From Thermodesulfovibrionales bacterium (lineage in GTDB: Bacteria > Nitrospirota > Thermodesulfovibrionia > Thermodesulfovibrionales > UBA6898): DNA of 62,482 bases. Under the pieces are notes generated by a model. The model was given only the letters and a program-made list of their open reading frames with translations. It made no database searches and was not told the DNA's origin. The translations under genes were made by a program, and so were the position numbers. How positions within the stretch are numbered: the stretch's first letter is position 1; every line of letters starts with the position of its first letter. Of this stretch, positions 1-8,009 are shown piece after piece. The DNA lies in NCBI GenBank assembly GCA_044450345.1, contig JBIOIY010000010.1, positions 1 through 62,482 on the forward strand. The letters run 5' to 3'.

Positions 1-318
1 GGCTCCGAAAGAGATGTAGCGTTTCTCCGCCCCTACAGACAACGTTATCTATTGGGAAAATGTGGCCTTCGGTCAGGGCAGCAGTCAGGTGGGAGAACCC
101 TCGTAGCCACTATGAGGCGCCTGAATAGAGGATGACCCTCGCGGTTAGACAGAGGCAGCTCCACGACGAAGATAAGTCATGCGGTACCCAACCCGCGTAT
201 ATCAGAGTGATCTACCGTCGTTCATTACTGCTGTTCTGTCCGAAGTACACATTCTCAAAGGAGGTCATATAGGAGAAAAAAAATAACATCCCACTTGACA
301 GGTTTAATACATATCAGT
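1..318 (+). mobile_element. Probable non-coding right end of an IS110/IS1111-family insertion sequence; the transposase would lie upstream of the window
   Basis: Non-coding stretch with motifs GGGAGAACCCTCG, GCGGTACCCAACCCGCGTATATCAGAGTGATCTACCGTCG and a terminal CTTGACA...CATATCAG. I recall this pattern from IS110-family 3' ends. Not verified by search. Confidence 0.55.
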
Positions 319-719
319 CGGTGTTAACCGCACCGATCGCTGAAAATATTTTCAATTTCCTTCTGAGTCGGAAATCTGTGAAGGTTTCCTTTGGAAATTC
401 ACGCGGACGAAATTTGAGTTCTGTCCTCTCCGTAGTCTCAGGTTACGCCTGCGATACCGCTGGATCGAGCATACTACGGGGCAAACTCCGCAGTTATCGC
501 GAATTGAAACTCGCGTTTAGTCCTGTGAGCACATGACGGCAGTTGTATTCCCCTCCTTTTGCATAGTAATCGGCGCTATACGTAACAAAGTTGACCGATT
601 CTTAGGGCTACCAAGGGGCGAGTTCCGGCAACTACAATACCGGGGCCAAATCTCGCCCGCCTTCATATGAGGGTAGGAATCGCATTCTTTTCAATGGCCG
701 ATTTTCCTTGCATGATGAT

Positions 720-940
720 TGTCATTCCCGTGCAAACGAGAATTCACCGCTCTGTGTCTCCCCTTCGGAAATCATAACTCCCCTTAACCCCCTCTTATCT
801 TTTCTCCTCGGCGAATCCGCCTGAGTGCGGAAAGAGGGGGAGAGGCGCCATGCCTGCCGGCAGGCAGGAAGCCTGGGGGCGTTATCTTAAGGGGGGGAAT
901 TGAAGGGGCGGTCTGGATACCCGCCTTCGCGGGTATGACA
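720..940. repeat. Composite nested palindromic repeat (family A ends enclosing a family B element that carries two further small insertions)
   Basis: Ends are GTCATTCCCG...GAATTCA and TGGATACCCGCCTTCGCGGGTATGAC. The internal 750-911 aligns to 42128-42235 apart from a 30-bp insert (802-831) and a 21-bp insert (848-868). Confidence 0.85.
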
Positions 941-963
941 GACTTTACGTTTTAATAGAGTTT

Positions 964-980
964 TTATTCGACGCCCCTAC
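964..980 (-). repeat. GTAG-type REP half-site directly after the gspN stop
   Basis: Minus strand reads GTAGGGGCGTCGAATAA. The same GTAGGGGC...GCCCCTAC motif occurs at 38387-38408 and 50515-50541. Confidence 0.5.
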
Positions 981-1762
981 TAAAGCGGCAGTGCTCCGGT
1001 GATCGGGATCGAATAGTGTCCCGGCGAGTTTTTGTATTTTTCGAGAATGAGAAAGATGAAGTTGCTGTCTTTGAAAGATTTTTCCGGCATGAGTTCCATG
1101 ATCAGGTTCATCCCTCCTGAAGTGATTTCCCCGCTCAGCCTTGCATAAATACCTGCGCCCTCCAACGCAAAGGAAGTTATGCGGACCGAATTCCCCATAA
1201 CGGTCATGGCGCCCCGCGCGCTGGTGAACGCATCGAGCGGGATGGTGATACCCCCGAATGACCCCTGCCCGAATCGCGCATCCCTGACTTCGAACTTTAT
1301 ATCACCGCGGACATTTTCGATCTTCAGCGTTCCCGTGAGAGCACCTTTCCCGTCAATACCGAGGAGCGAAAAAAAAGGCATGTCCGCAATATCGGCACCG
1401 GCAACCGTAATATCTACGTGACTTTTCCCCCTGAATAGATCTATCGTCCCTTTTACCCTGCCGCCGCCGGTCTCGCCCCGGAAATGGGCATTCAACCGCA
1501 GAGTCAGGAGCGACAGGGGATTGATCCTGCCCGCGACGTTTTCTACCGACATCAGCGTCCTGTCGTTTTTCTTAAGCCGGATGCTGCCGCACGTAAAATC
1601 GAAAAAAATGCCTTTCCTGATATCCGACGTTTCGATGCGCATATCGCTGTCATGCATCGCCCCCTCGACCAGCCCTGCGAGCAGGGATTCGGGGATTGCT
1701 ATGACCCAGAGGCCGAATACGAAAATGACGATAACAAGGCAGACGATCAGGAAACGCTTCAC
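980..1762 (-). CDS. gspN: Type II secretion system protein N (deltaproteobacterial type)
   Basis: N-terminal TM helix, beta-rich periplasmic region and terminal IPITG motif. Last gene of the gsp operon; ATGA overlap with gspM. Confidence 0.8.
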   Translation of the reverse strand: MKRFLIVCLVIVIFVFGLWVIAIPESLLAGLVEGAMHDSDMRIETSDIRKGIFFDFTCGSIRLKKNDRTLMSVENVAGRINPLSLLTLRLNAHFRGETGGGRVKGTIDLFRGKSHVDITVAGADIADMPFFSLLGIDGKGALTGTLKIENVRGDIKFEVRDARFGQGSFGGITIPLDAFTSARGAMTVMGNSVRITSFALEGAGIYARLSGEITSGGMNLIMELMPEKSFKDSNFIFLILEKYKNSPGHYSIPITGALPL

Positions 1763-2271
1763 TTCGGGCTTAACTTCGGTTTGATAAGCCCGACCGTCAT
1801 CGTGACATTGAGGAGAGACGGGTTATCGAAAGAGGTCTTCATCGAGGTCTTTCTCACGGTGAGTATCATCGGCGCGTTCTCTATCCTGTAGAGGATGTTG
1901 ACCATCTCGTTCATCGTCACCTTCTCGACCGAGACCTCCGCCTCTTCTTCGGACGCGAATTTCTTTTCTCTTGTGCCGGTCGATTTTACTGACTTGACCT
2001 TCTGTCCCAACCCCATCGATTTAAATACCTCGTCCACCGCCTGGACTATGCCCTCCACCTTTGTAAGCGATCTCTTTCCTTCGACCGCGTCGACGGCGGT
2101 TTTCAATCCTGCGTATTCATTCGAGAGCGCAAGCATCTCCTCCTGCCGGGACCTGAGAGTGTACCGCTCCCGTTTCAGAGACAGTGAGACTTCAAACAGG
2201 ATGGCGCAGACAATGAACAGGAGGGCGATGACCGATATCGCGAGGATGTTTTTGTCTATCTTCAAGTTCAT
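1759..2271 (-). CDS. gspM: Type II secretion system protein M
   Basis: Single TM, coiled coil and ferredoxin-like C-terminal domain. Lies between gspL and gspN with 4-nt overlaps. Confidence 0.8.
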   Translation of the reverse strand: MNLKIDKNILAISVIALLFIVCAILFEVSLSLKRERYTLRSRQEEMLALSNEYAGLKTAVDAVEGKRSLTKVEGIVQAVDEVFKSMGLGQKVKSVKSTGTREKKFASEEEAEVSVEKVTMNEMVNILYRIENAPMILTVRKTSMKTSFDNPSLLNVTMTVGLIKPKLSPK

Positions 2272-3344
2272 GTCCTCCTTCCTCTAACGGTGAGGGTAAA
2301 GAGCGTCTTCCCCTGGACGGACGGTTTGGTGTCGGATATAGTTATTTCAGTAAATACCTTTTCCAGATCGGTCTTTGTCTTCTGGACATCGCTCATCGTA
2401 GGCGCCTCACCTTTCAATATGATAAGGTCCCTGTCCACTGTTATCTCGATGAATGATACGCCGGGTCTGCTTGCACCGCTCAAATCGAGAAGTGTATCGA
2501 GCGGGGATACGCCGACAAAGGAACTTTCTTTGTCCTTCAGTTCCTTCATATGGGCCTTGAGCTGGTAAAGCTCATTCGAGATCTTCCTTTCCGAGGGGAA
2601 GAGGCCCTGGTAGGTCTTTCGTATAGACTCCTTGATCGAGTCGTTTTCACGCTTTGTCGAAACGATGACCATGACGTTGTCAGCCAGGAAGATGAACAGC
2701 ACCAATACGACAAGTGCGGCGGTCATCATCAAGGACTTCTTCGTCCGCTCCGTGTCCGCGGTGTATGCGAACTCACCCCTTCTGAGGTTGACCGTCGGGT
2801 TCTTTATCTCGGCTACTGCGGCGCTGATGCGGTCCTTTTCCTCCAGGGGTTCCGGCGAGAGAAGCTTTCCTGCGATCTCCTCTGCAGAGGCTGATGAACT
2901 CACGGCATGCGCCAATTCAAGGGAAACGACCGCCTTGGGGTCGATGCCGGAGGCCTTGAGCCTGTTCAATATCGTGCGCAGGGTCTCCTTCCCGATATAG
3001 GCCACAAGGACCTGAGATTTTTCTTCACCGCGGCTGAGAATGAAGGCATCGAATGCAACGCTGCCCGAGCCGCCCAGGACGAGGTTGTCGATTTCAAAAG
3101 GGACGAGCTCTCTTACTTTCTTGATTTCGGAAAAGGGAAGTTCCAGGACCCTGAAGTCGAGGAGATTGAGAGGCAGGCTGAAGATGGACTCTCCGGCGCC
3201 GACTGGTTTATCAAAGGCAAAGGAATAATTTTCTTCAACGGGTATTGTGAAACTGCCCCCGGGTTGACCGTTTCTGCCGCCGTTATCAAAAGAATATACG
3301 GAGAGTTCCCGGCCTTTGAAGTCCAGGAAGACTGTCTTACTCAC
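2268..3344 (-). CDS. gspL: Type II secretion system protein L
   Basis: Cytoplasmic actin-like N-domain, NLRRGEF motif before the TM, PilN-like periplasmic domain, and operon position. Confidence 0.85.
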   Translation of the reverse strand: MSKTVFLDFKGRELSVYSFDNGGRNGQPGGSFTIPVEENYSFAFDKPVGAGESIFSLPLNLLDFRVLELPFSEIKKVRELVPFEIDNLVLGGSGSVAFDAFILSRGEEKSQVLVAYIGKETLRTILNRLKASGIDPKAVVSLELAHAVSSSASAEEIAGKLLSPEPLEEKDRISAAVAEIKNPTVNLRRGEFAYTADTERTKKSLMMTAALVVLVLFIFLADNVMVIVSTKRENDSIKESIRKTYQGLFPSERKISNELYQLKAHMKELKDKESSFVGVSPLDTLLDLSGASRPGVSFIEITVDRDLIILKGEAPTMSDVQKTKTDLEKVFTEITISDTKPSVQGKTLFTLTVRGRRT

Positions 3345-3392
3345 CTTGCGTCTTCCTTAAGTACAAAGACCATAAGAATGACAGATTTATTT

Positions 3393-3450
3393 GTCACTTC
3401 GGCTTGTCCAAAGTCTTTCCCCTGAAGAATTCCCGACAAGCGGGAATGAC
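3393..3450. repeat. Family A palindromic repeat between gspK and gspL
   Basis: GTCACTTCGGCTTGTCCAAAGTC...GAATTCCCGACAAGCGGGAATGAC. Same two-hairpin element as at 4364, 6009 and 6686. Confidence 0.85.
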
Positions 3451-3478
3451 TCCTTACTAATAAACCCATCTGCACCTG

Positions 3479-4498
3479 CTACATCTCCTTCCAATATAGA
3501 ACTGAGTTGCCTTGAAGCACGCTTTCAATGATGCGCTTAATGCCGCCGGACTCGGCGGTCGCAACGACATGAAATGCGGTGCCGCTATATACTGCGTGTC
3601 CTGCCCCAAAGCCCACGCTGATGTCGGGGACCGCCTGTAGTGATGTCAAAGGTCTGTAGCTTATAATCCTTTCAGCCATATCCTCCGATGTATTTTCGGC
3701 AAGCGACATCAGCACCGGCACGTCTGCAGTGTTGACATTGATGCTAAAATTATTGTCGCCACTGCCGTATATTGTAACATAGGGCAGTAACTTGTCATAA
3801 CTCTCCCTGTCGATTCCGGGTATCAGGAGAAGTTCATCAACGCTATCGAGAAGTGCGTTCTTCGGCTGTATACTTGCGGCGTTCTGCGGCCTGCGGTCAG
3901 TGGAGGCATTGATCCAATAGGTGACCTTATTGGCGATATCCGGATCGAGATTAAGATTCCTGACGCGATTGAGATTTCTGATAAGATTGACGAAAAATGC
4001 TTGCCCCTCCGGGTTCCTCAGCGAATTCAAATTGAACTTCGCATTTTCATCCTCAATCCTGAGGGTTATCGTGCCGTCGAGATCGCCGAAGGGGATCTTC
4101 TGGCTCATCTCAAAGGCAGCCCTGGTTTTATACTGTTCAAGCATATTGCTGGTGATGAGCTTGGAAGCCAGTCTTGTCGCGGATTTTGCGGTGATGGAAA
4201 GCTTCTGAGAGGTTTGCCAGTTGTGAAGGGCATTTGTGTTTACGTATACGCCATAAGCAAACTCCACGACCATAGCTGTGATCAGCGCGACGATCATCAA
4301 GACGAGGACAAGGGCCATGCCGCTGCGATCGGTGAAAGGGGAGAGACTAAGACCCGTTTGTTTGTCATTCCGGCTTGTCGGGAATCTTTCTTCCGGAAGG
4401 ATTCCCGACCTGCCTACCGGACAGGCAGGCGCGCTTCGCTTGCGGGAATGACAAATACGTTTGGTCATACTACGGTACCTGTTCACCTTTTTTCTCAT
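3479..4498 (-). CDS. gspK: T2SS minor pseudopilin GspK with a 60-aa repeat-expanded leader
   Basis: SG|MALVLVL prepilin site (no E5, typical of GspK), DENAKFNLN, ELLLIPGI and INVNTA motifs. Start placed at the ATG at 4498 overlapping the gspJ TGA, not at 4630. Confidence 0.9.
   Translation of the reverse strand: MRKKVNRYRSMTKRICHSRKRSAPACPVGRSGILPEERFPTSRNDKQTGLSLSPFTDRSGMALVLVLMIVALITAMVVEFAYGVYVNTNALHNWQTSQKLSITAKSATRLASKLITSNMLEQYKTRAAFEMSQKIPFGDLDGTITLRIEDENAKFNLNSLRNPEGQAFFVNLIRNLNRVRNLNLDPDIANKVTYWINASTDRRPQNAASIQPKNALLDSVDELLLIPGIDRESYDKLLPYVTIYGSGDNNFSINVNTADVPVLMSLAENTSEDMAERIISYRPLTSLQAVPDISVGFGAGHAVYSGTAFHVVATAESGGIKRIIESVLQGNSVLYWKEM
4364..4452. repeat. Family A palindromic repeat inside the gspK leader, with a nested 21-bp palindrome at 4409-4429
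   Basis: GTCATTCCGGCTTGTCGGGAATC...GATTCCCGA[CCTGCCTACCGGACAGGCAGG]CGCGCTTCGCTTGCGGGAATGAC. Confidence 0.9.
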
Positions 4499-5100
4499 AT
4501 CGTATTGCCTATCTTCCGCCTGACCGTATCGAAAAAGCTGACCGGCCTGTCTTTGATCTTTGCGGTGATGGTGATCCTGATTTCGAGGGGTGGCTGCTTC
4601 GTCTCGGAGGTGTCCCATGTCTTCACCCATTTACTGCCGTCATTTACTTCGACTGAAAAAGATTCGAGCCCCTCGATCAGCTCTTCGCCCTTTGTAGTAT
4701 TGTCCGGTTTATAGGCACTATCCATTTTTTTAAAAAGTGTCAAGACCCCGTCTTTATCCTCGACATAATAAGAGATCATCACGATGCCGTAAGAAAGAGG
4801 GGAAAAGGCGGTAAAGGTGAACCGCGACGCCTGTTTGCCGTAAAAGTCCTTGTCTTCCACCTTCACAAGAGAACTCATGTTGCTGGACTTGTAGAGAATA
4901 GACTCGCCTTCCCTGGTCATAACGTCAATGGCCGTCCTGCATTCCTGGAGCTTCAGAAGCGATTCATCAAGCCCCGTCATGGCCTTGTGGGAAAGAAAGA
5001 AGGAGCCGTAAATAGCAGAGAGGATGATCGAAAAAAGGACCATTGCGATCAAGAGTTCGAGGAGGGTGAAGCCTTTCTCATCTCTGCAGGTCCTTTTCAT
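4495..5100 (-). CDS. gspJ: T2SS minor pseudopilin GspJ
   Basis: KG|FTLLELL N-methylation motif with a short 10-aa leader; C-terminal WVKTWD...PLEIRITI pattern. Confidence 0.9.
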   Translation of the reverse strand: MKRTCRDEKGFTLLELLIAMVLFSIILSAIYGSFFLSHKAMTGLDESLLKLQECRTAIDVMTREGESILYKSSNMSSLVKVEDKDFYGKQASRFTFTAFSPLSYGIVMISYYVEDKDGVLTLFKKMDSAYKPDNTTKGEELIEGLESFSVEVNDGSKWVKTWDTSETKQPPLEIRITITAKIKDRPVSFFDTVRRKIGNTI

Positions 5101-5516
5101 TTTGTCTTCCCGAGAAGTTTCGGCTTCTCGATAAGTTCGCTGAACTTCACATTTTCTTTCCCATTAACGACGGTGACTGAAAATTCAATAATACCCGGAT
5201 AGACAGAGTCCTTTACCTCGGTAGTGTAATGATATCGGGTGTAAGGATCGGGGAAATCGCCACTTGCAGACGCCGGACCCTTTTCAATCTCGATAAGCTT
5301 GCTCTTGGCGAGCATCGTCGCTATTGTGACAGTTTCATGTCTTTCGGCAATGGTGAGATGATAATTGAGTGAATAGAGAAGGGTGATGAGAAGGCCTCCC
5401 ACGATGGCGAGGGCCAGCATGACCTCAAGAAGGGTAAACCCTTCCTCTGTGAGACGTGAAACGTGAGACCTGCCTGCCGGACAGGCAGGCCTGAAACGTG
5501 GAGAGTCTGTTCTCAT
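5097..5516 (-). CDS. gspI: T2SS minor pseudopilin GspI with a 26-aa repeat-containing leader
   Basis: EG|FTLLEVMLALAI motif; ATGA overlap with the gspH stop fixes the start. Confidence 0.9.
   Translation of the reverse strand: MRTDSPRFRPACPAGRSHVSRLTEEGFTLLEVMLALAIVGGLLITLLYSLNYHLTIAERHETVTIATMLAKSKLIEIEKGPASASGDFPDPYTRYHYTTEVKDSVYPGIIEFSVTVVNGKENVKFSELIEKPKLLGKTK
5449..5500. repeat. GTGA(G/A)AC heptamer array with an inserted 21-bp palindrome (5469-5489) inside the gspI leader
   Basis: GTGAGAC GTGAAAC GTGAGAC [CTGCCTGCCGGACAGGCAGGC] CTGAAAC GTG. Confidence 0.85.
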
Positions 5517-6097
5517 TCCTGCTTTCCTTCCGCGATCTTTACCCTGCCGCTCACGGAACTTAAGGAAACAGTCATGTCCTTGTCCTCATCCCTGAGATGC
5601 ACTGCCAGGTTCTCCCGGATCCCGAGAGGTCCGAAGAATACCGTAACCTCTCCCTCTCTGATGTTGCCTTTAGAGGTCAGCGTAAGCGAGGCGAGGCTCT
5701 TCAGCCTTTCGGTCTTTTCACCGTCCGGACCCTGCCATGACAAGACGCCGTCGGGAAGGCTGAACTTCAGGGAATATATGTTCTTTGTCGCAACCGCATT
5801 ATCGTTGAGATACCTCAGGAGCGAGGCTGTTTTCCTCGCCTCTGCCTTTATCTTGTTGCCTGTGCCGAAAAAAGCAGGAACGACCAGCATCGCAAGCATG
5901 GAGATGATGAAGACCACTACGGCCAGCTCAAGAAGGGTAAACCCTGCGTTCCCGGAAGCCCGCATCGTGGCTAATTTGGGTTCGGACGGACCGACATTTT
6001 CTGAGCCTGTCATTCCCGCTTGTCGGGAATCCTTCTTTCGGATCTCGGAAAGATTGCGGACAAGCCGCAATGACAGCTCTTTGAGGCCGATGTCCAT
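5513..6097 (-). CDS. gspH: T2SS minor pseudopilin GspH (start at 6097 or alternatively 5965)
   Basis: AG|FTLLELAVV motif and C-terminal SSVSGRVKI; lies between gspG and gspI. Confidence 0.85.
   Translation of the reverse strand: MDIGLKELSLRLVRNLSEIRKKDSRQAGMTGSENVGPSEPKLATMRASGNAGFTLLELAVVVFIISMLAMLVVPAFFGTGNKIKAEARKTASLLRYLNDNAVATKNIYSLKFSLPDGVLSWQGPDGEKTERLKSLASLTLTSKGNIREGEVTVFFGPLGIRENLAVHLRDEDKDMTVSLSSVSGRVKIAEGKQE
6009..6074. repeat. Family A palindromic repeat (66 bp), in-frame within the extended gspH leader
   Basis: GTCATTCCCGCTTGTCGGGAATC...GATTGCGGACAAGCCGCAATGAC. Confidence 0.9.
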
Positions 6098-6160
6098 TTT
6101 ATTTTGTACACCTGTGCAGAGGGTGAACTCTGATCGTATTTTCCAGCCTCTGCTTACATG

Positions 6161-6616
6161 TTACTGCATGTCCCAACTTTTAATGTCCGCGTCTTTGCCT
6201 TCCCCGCCCTCTTTGCCGTCTCCGCCGTAGCTAAGGATATCGAAGTCTCCATGGACTCCGGGCGATACGTACATATAAGGGTTACCCCAGGGGTCAAGGG
6301 GGATCTTCTTCTGTTCGAGATATCCGCCCTCTCTGTATTTACCCGGGACTTGTCCCGTCGCAGGTTTTTCGATCAACGATTCGAGGCCCTGTTCAGTGGT
6401 AGGATAAAAACCGTTGTCGATCTTGAAGAGCTTGAGGGCGGTCTCGAAGTTTTTTATCTGGATTTTGGCGTCCGCTATCTTTGCATCGTCAGTCCGGCCC
6501 ATGATCTTCGGCGCGACGATCGCTACGAGGAGGCTCAGGATAAAGACTACGACTATTATTTCAAGAAGGGTGAAACCGGCCCGTGTGGACATTTTACCCG
6601 TAGTAATGCGTTTCAT
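6161..6616 (-). CDS. gspG: T2SS major pseudopilin GspG
   Basis: AG|FTLLEIIVV, DNGFYPTTEQGL, DPWGNPY and DILSYGGDGKEGGEGKDADI motifs. Confidence 0.97.
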   Translation of the reverse strand: MKRITTGKMSTRAGFTLLEIIVVVFILSLLVAIVAPKIMGRTDDAKIADAKIQIKNFETALKLFKIDNGFYPTTEQGLESLIEKPATGQVPGKYREGGYLEQKKIPLDPWGNPYMYVSPGVHGDFDILSYGGDGKEGGEGKDADIKSWDMQ

Positions 6617-6685
6617 GTTTCCTCCGTATTCAGTGACTCCTGCATAACTGACGATCTACGCAATTTCCCACTAATCCGTTGATCT

Positions 6686-6743
6686 GTCACTCGCGCTTGT
6701 CGGGAGTCCCTCTGAAGAAAGATTCCGGGCAAGCCGGAATGAC
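6686..6743. repeat. Family A palindromic repeat between gspF and gspG
   Basis: GTCACTCGCGCTTGTCGGGAGTC...GATTCCGGGCAAGCCGGAATGAC. Confidence 0.85.
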
Positions 6744-6819
6744 AGAAATAGGACGTTAGTGAGACTGAATCAACAAGAACTAGTATACAATATTCTTTTC
6801 ACTTTATAGAAAGTAGAGC

Positions 6820-7995
6820 TTATTTCACGAGTTGGTTCAACTGGAACATCGGCAGCAGCACGGCAAGCACGATAAACCCGACGACAATCCCCATGAGCAG
6901 GATCATAGAGGGTTCGAGCAACGCAAGCGCCTTCTGCACCCTCCGCTCGAAATCTTCTTCGTATGAATCGGCGGTCTTGCCTAACACTTCCACGAGAGAT
7001 CCGCTTTTTTCGCCCGTGGCGATCAACTGCAGAAGCACCGGCGGAAAACCTTCGAGCGAATGGGAAAGGCGAGCGCCTTCTGCCACTCCTTTTGCCGCCT
7101 GCCTGATCCTCTCCTCGATGACGATGTTGCCGGTCGATTTTGCGGAGAGTTCAAGCGATTTGAGCATCGGAAGTCCGCCTCCGAGGAGAAAACCGAGGGT
7201 CCTTGCGAACCTCCCGAAATAGAGACTCTGAAGGACATTGCCCGGGAGTTGTAGTTTCAACGCATCGAGATAACGGCCGTGTCTTTCGCGCAATCTCTTC
7301 ATCGCTGCGACCAATGCGACCGCCAGGATTATGAGAAGCCACCAGTAATTTACGAAGAGGTTGCTTATCTTGATAAGCACGACCGTAATGAAGGGCAGGG
7401 CGCTCTTGCTGTTTTCAAATATCTTCACGATCTTGGGAACGACGAAGGTGAAGAGGAAGGACATGACGACAAAGCCCACAGAGGCCATAAAAACCGGGTA
7501 GATCATTGCGGCGCGGAGCTTAGACCGTATCGACGCCTGTTTTTCGAGGAAGTCCGCGACCCTTATCAGCACCCTGTCGAGTGTCCCGCTCTGTTCTCCG
7601 GCCGCGACCATATTGATATAAAATTCAGGGAACAACTTAGGATGCGCTTCGAGCGCCCGGGATAGACTTGCGCCCGCAGCAACGTTCTCCCTTATCCCGA
7701 CTAATACGCCCTTCCAGAAGCCTCTGTTCTCATCGGAAAGGGACCGGAGCGCGTCGATCAAGGGGACACCCGAGGAGAGGAGTGTCGAAAGCTGTCTTGT
7801 GATGTAAGGGAGAAGCGTCGCGTCGTATTTCTTCGAGAGCCATCTGTTTTCTTTGTGGTGGAATGCGCCTACGTCTTTAGGGTATATGCCCCGGGCCTTG
7901 ATGGTCGCGATAGCGTCCTGGATACCGTCGGCCTCCAGGGTCCCCGCGGCCTGGGACCCGTCGGTCTTATATCCCTTATAATAGAAGATCGGCAT
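6820..7995 (-). CDS. gspF: T2SS inner-membrane platform protein GspF
   Basis: TRQLSTLLSSGVPL, AGEQSGTLD, MIYP and LLEP motifs; two T2SSF domains. Confidence 0.97.
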   Translation of the reverse strand: MPIFYYKGYKTDGSQAAGTLEADGIQDAIATIKARGIYPKDVGAFHHKENRWLSKKYDATLLPYITRQLSTLLSSGVPLIDALRSLSDENRGFWKGVLVGIRENVAAGASLSRALEAHPKLFPEFYINMVAAGEQSGTLDRVLIRVADFLEKQASIRSKLRAAMIYPVFMASVGFVVMSFLFTFVVPKIVKIFENSKSALPFITVVLIKISNLFVNYWWLLIILAVALVAAMKRLRERHGRYLDALKLQLPGNVLQSLYFGRFARTLGFLLGGGLPMLKSLELSAKSTGNIVIEERIRQAAKGVAEGARLSHSLEGFPPVLLQLIATGEKSGSLVEVLGKTADSYEEDFERRVQKALALLEPSMILLMGIVVGFIVLAVLLPMFQLNQLVK

Positions 7996-8009
7996 TTTTC
8001 AATACTACG

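Noticed and set aside
560..680. Riboswitch in the hairpin-rich region left of the repeat
   Set aside because: Stems are present (GGGCGAG/CTCGCCC), but there is no match to a family I know and no clear downstream gene.
4499..4630. Track's extended gspK N-terminus
   Set aside because: It lies inside gspJ in another frame; the ATG at 4498 has the canonical ATGA coupling.
720..6743. Recurring palindromes as a CRISPR array
   Set aside because: Copies are dispersed and variable, with no regular repeat-spacer period and no cas genes.
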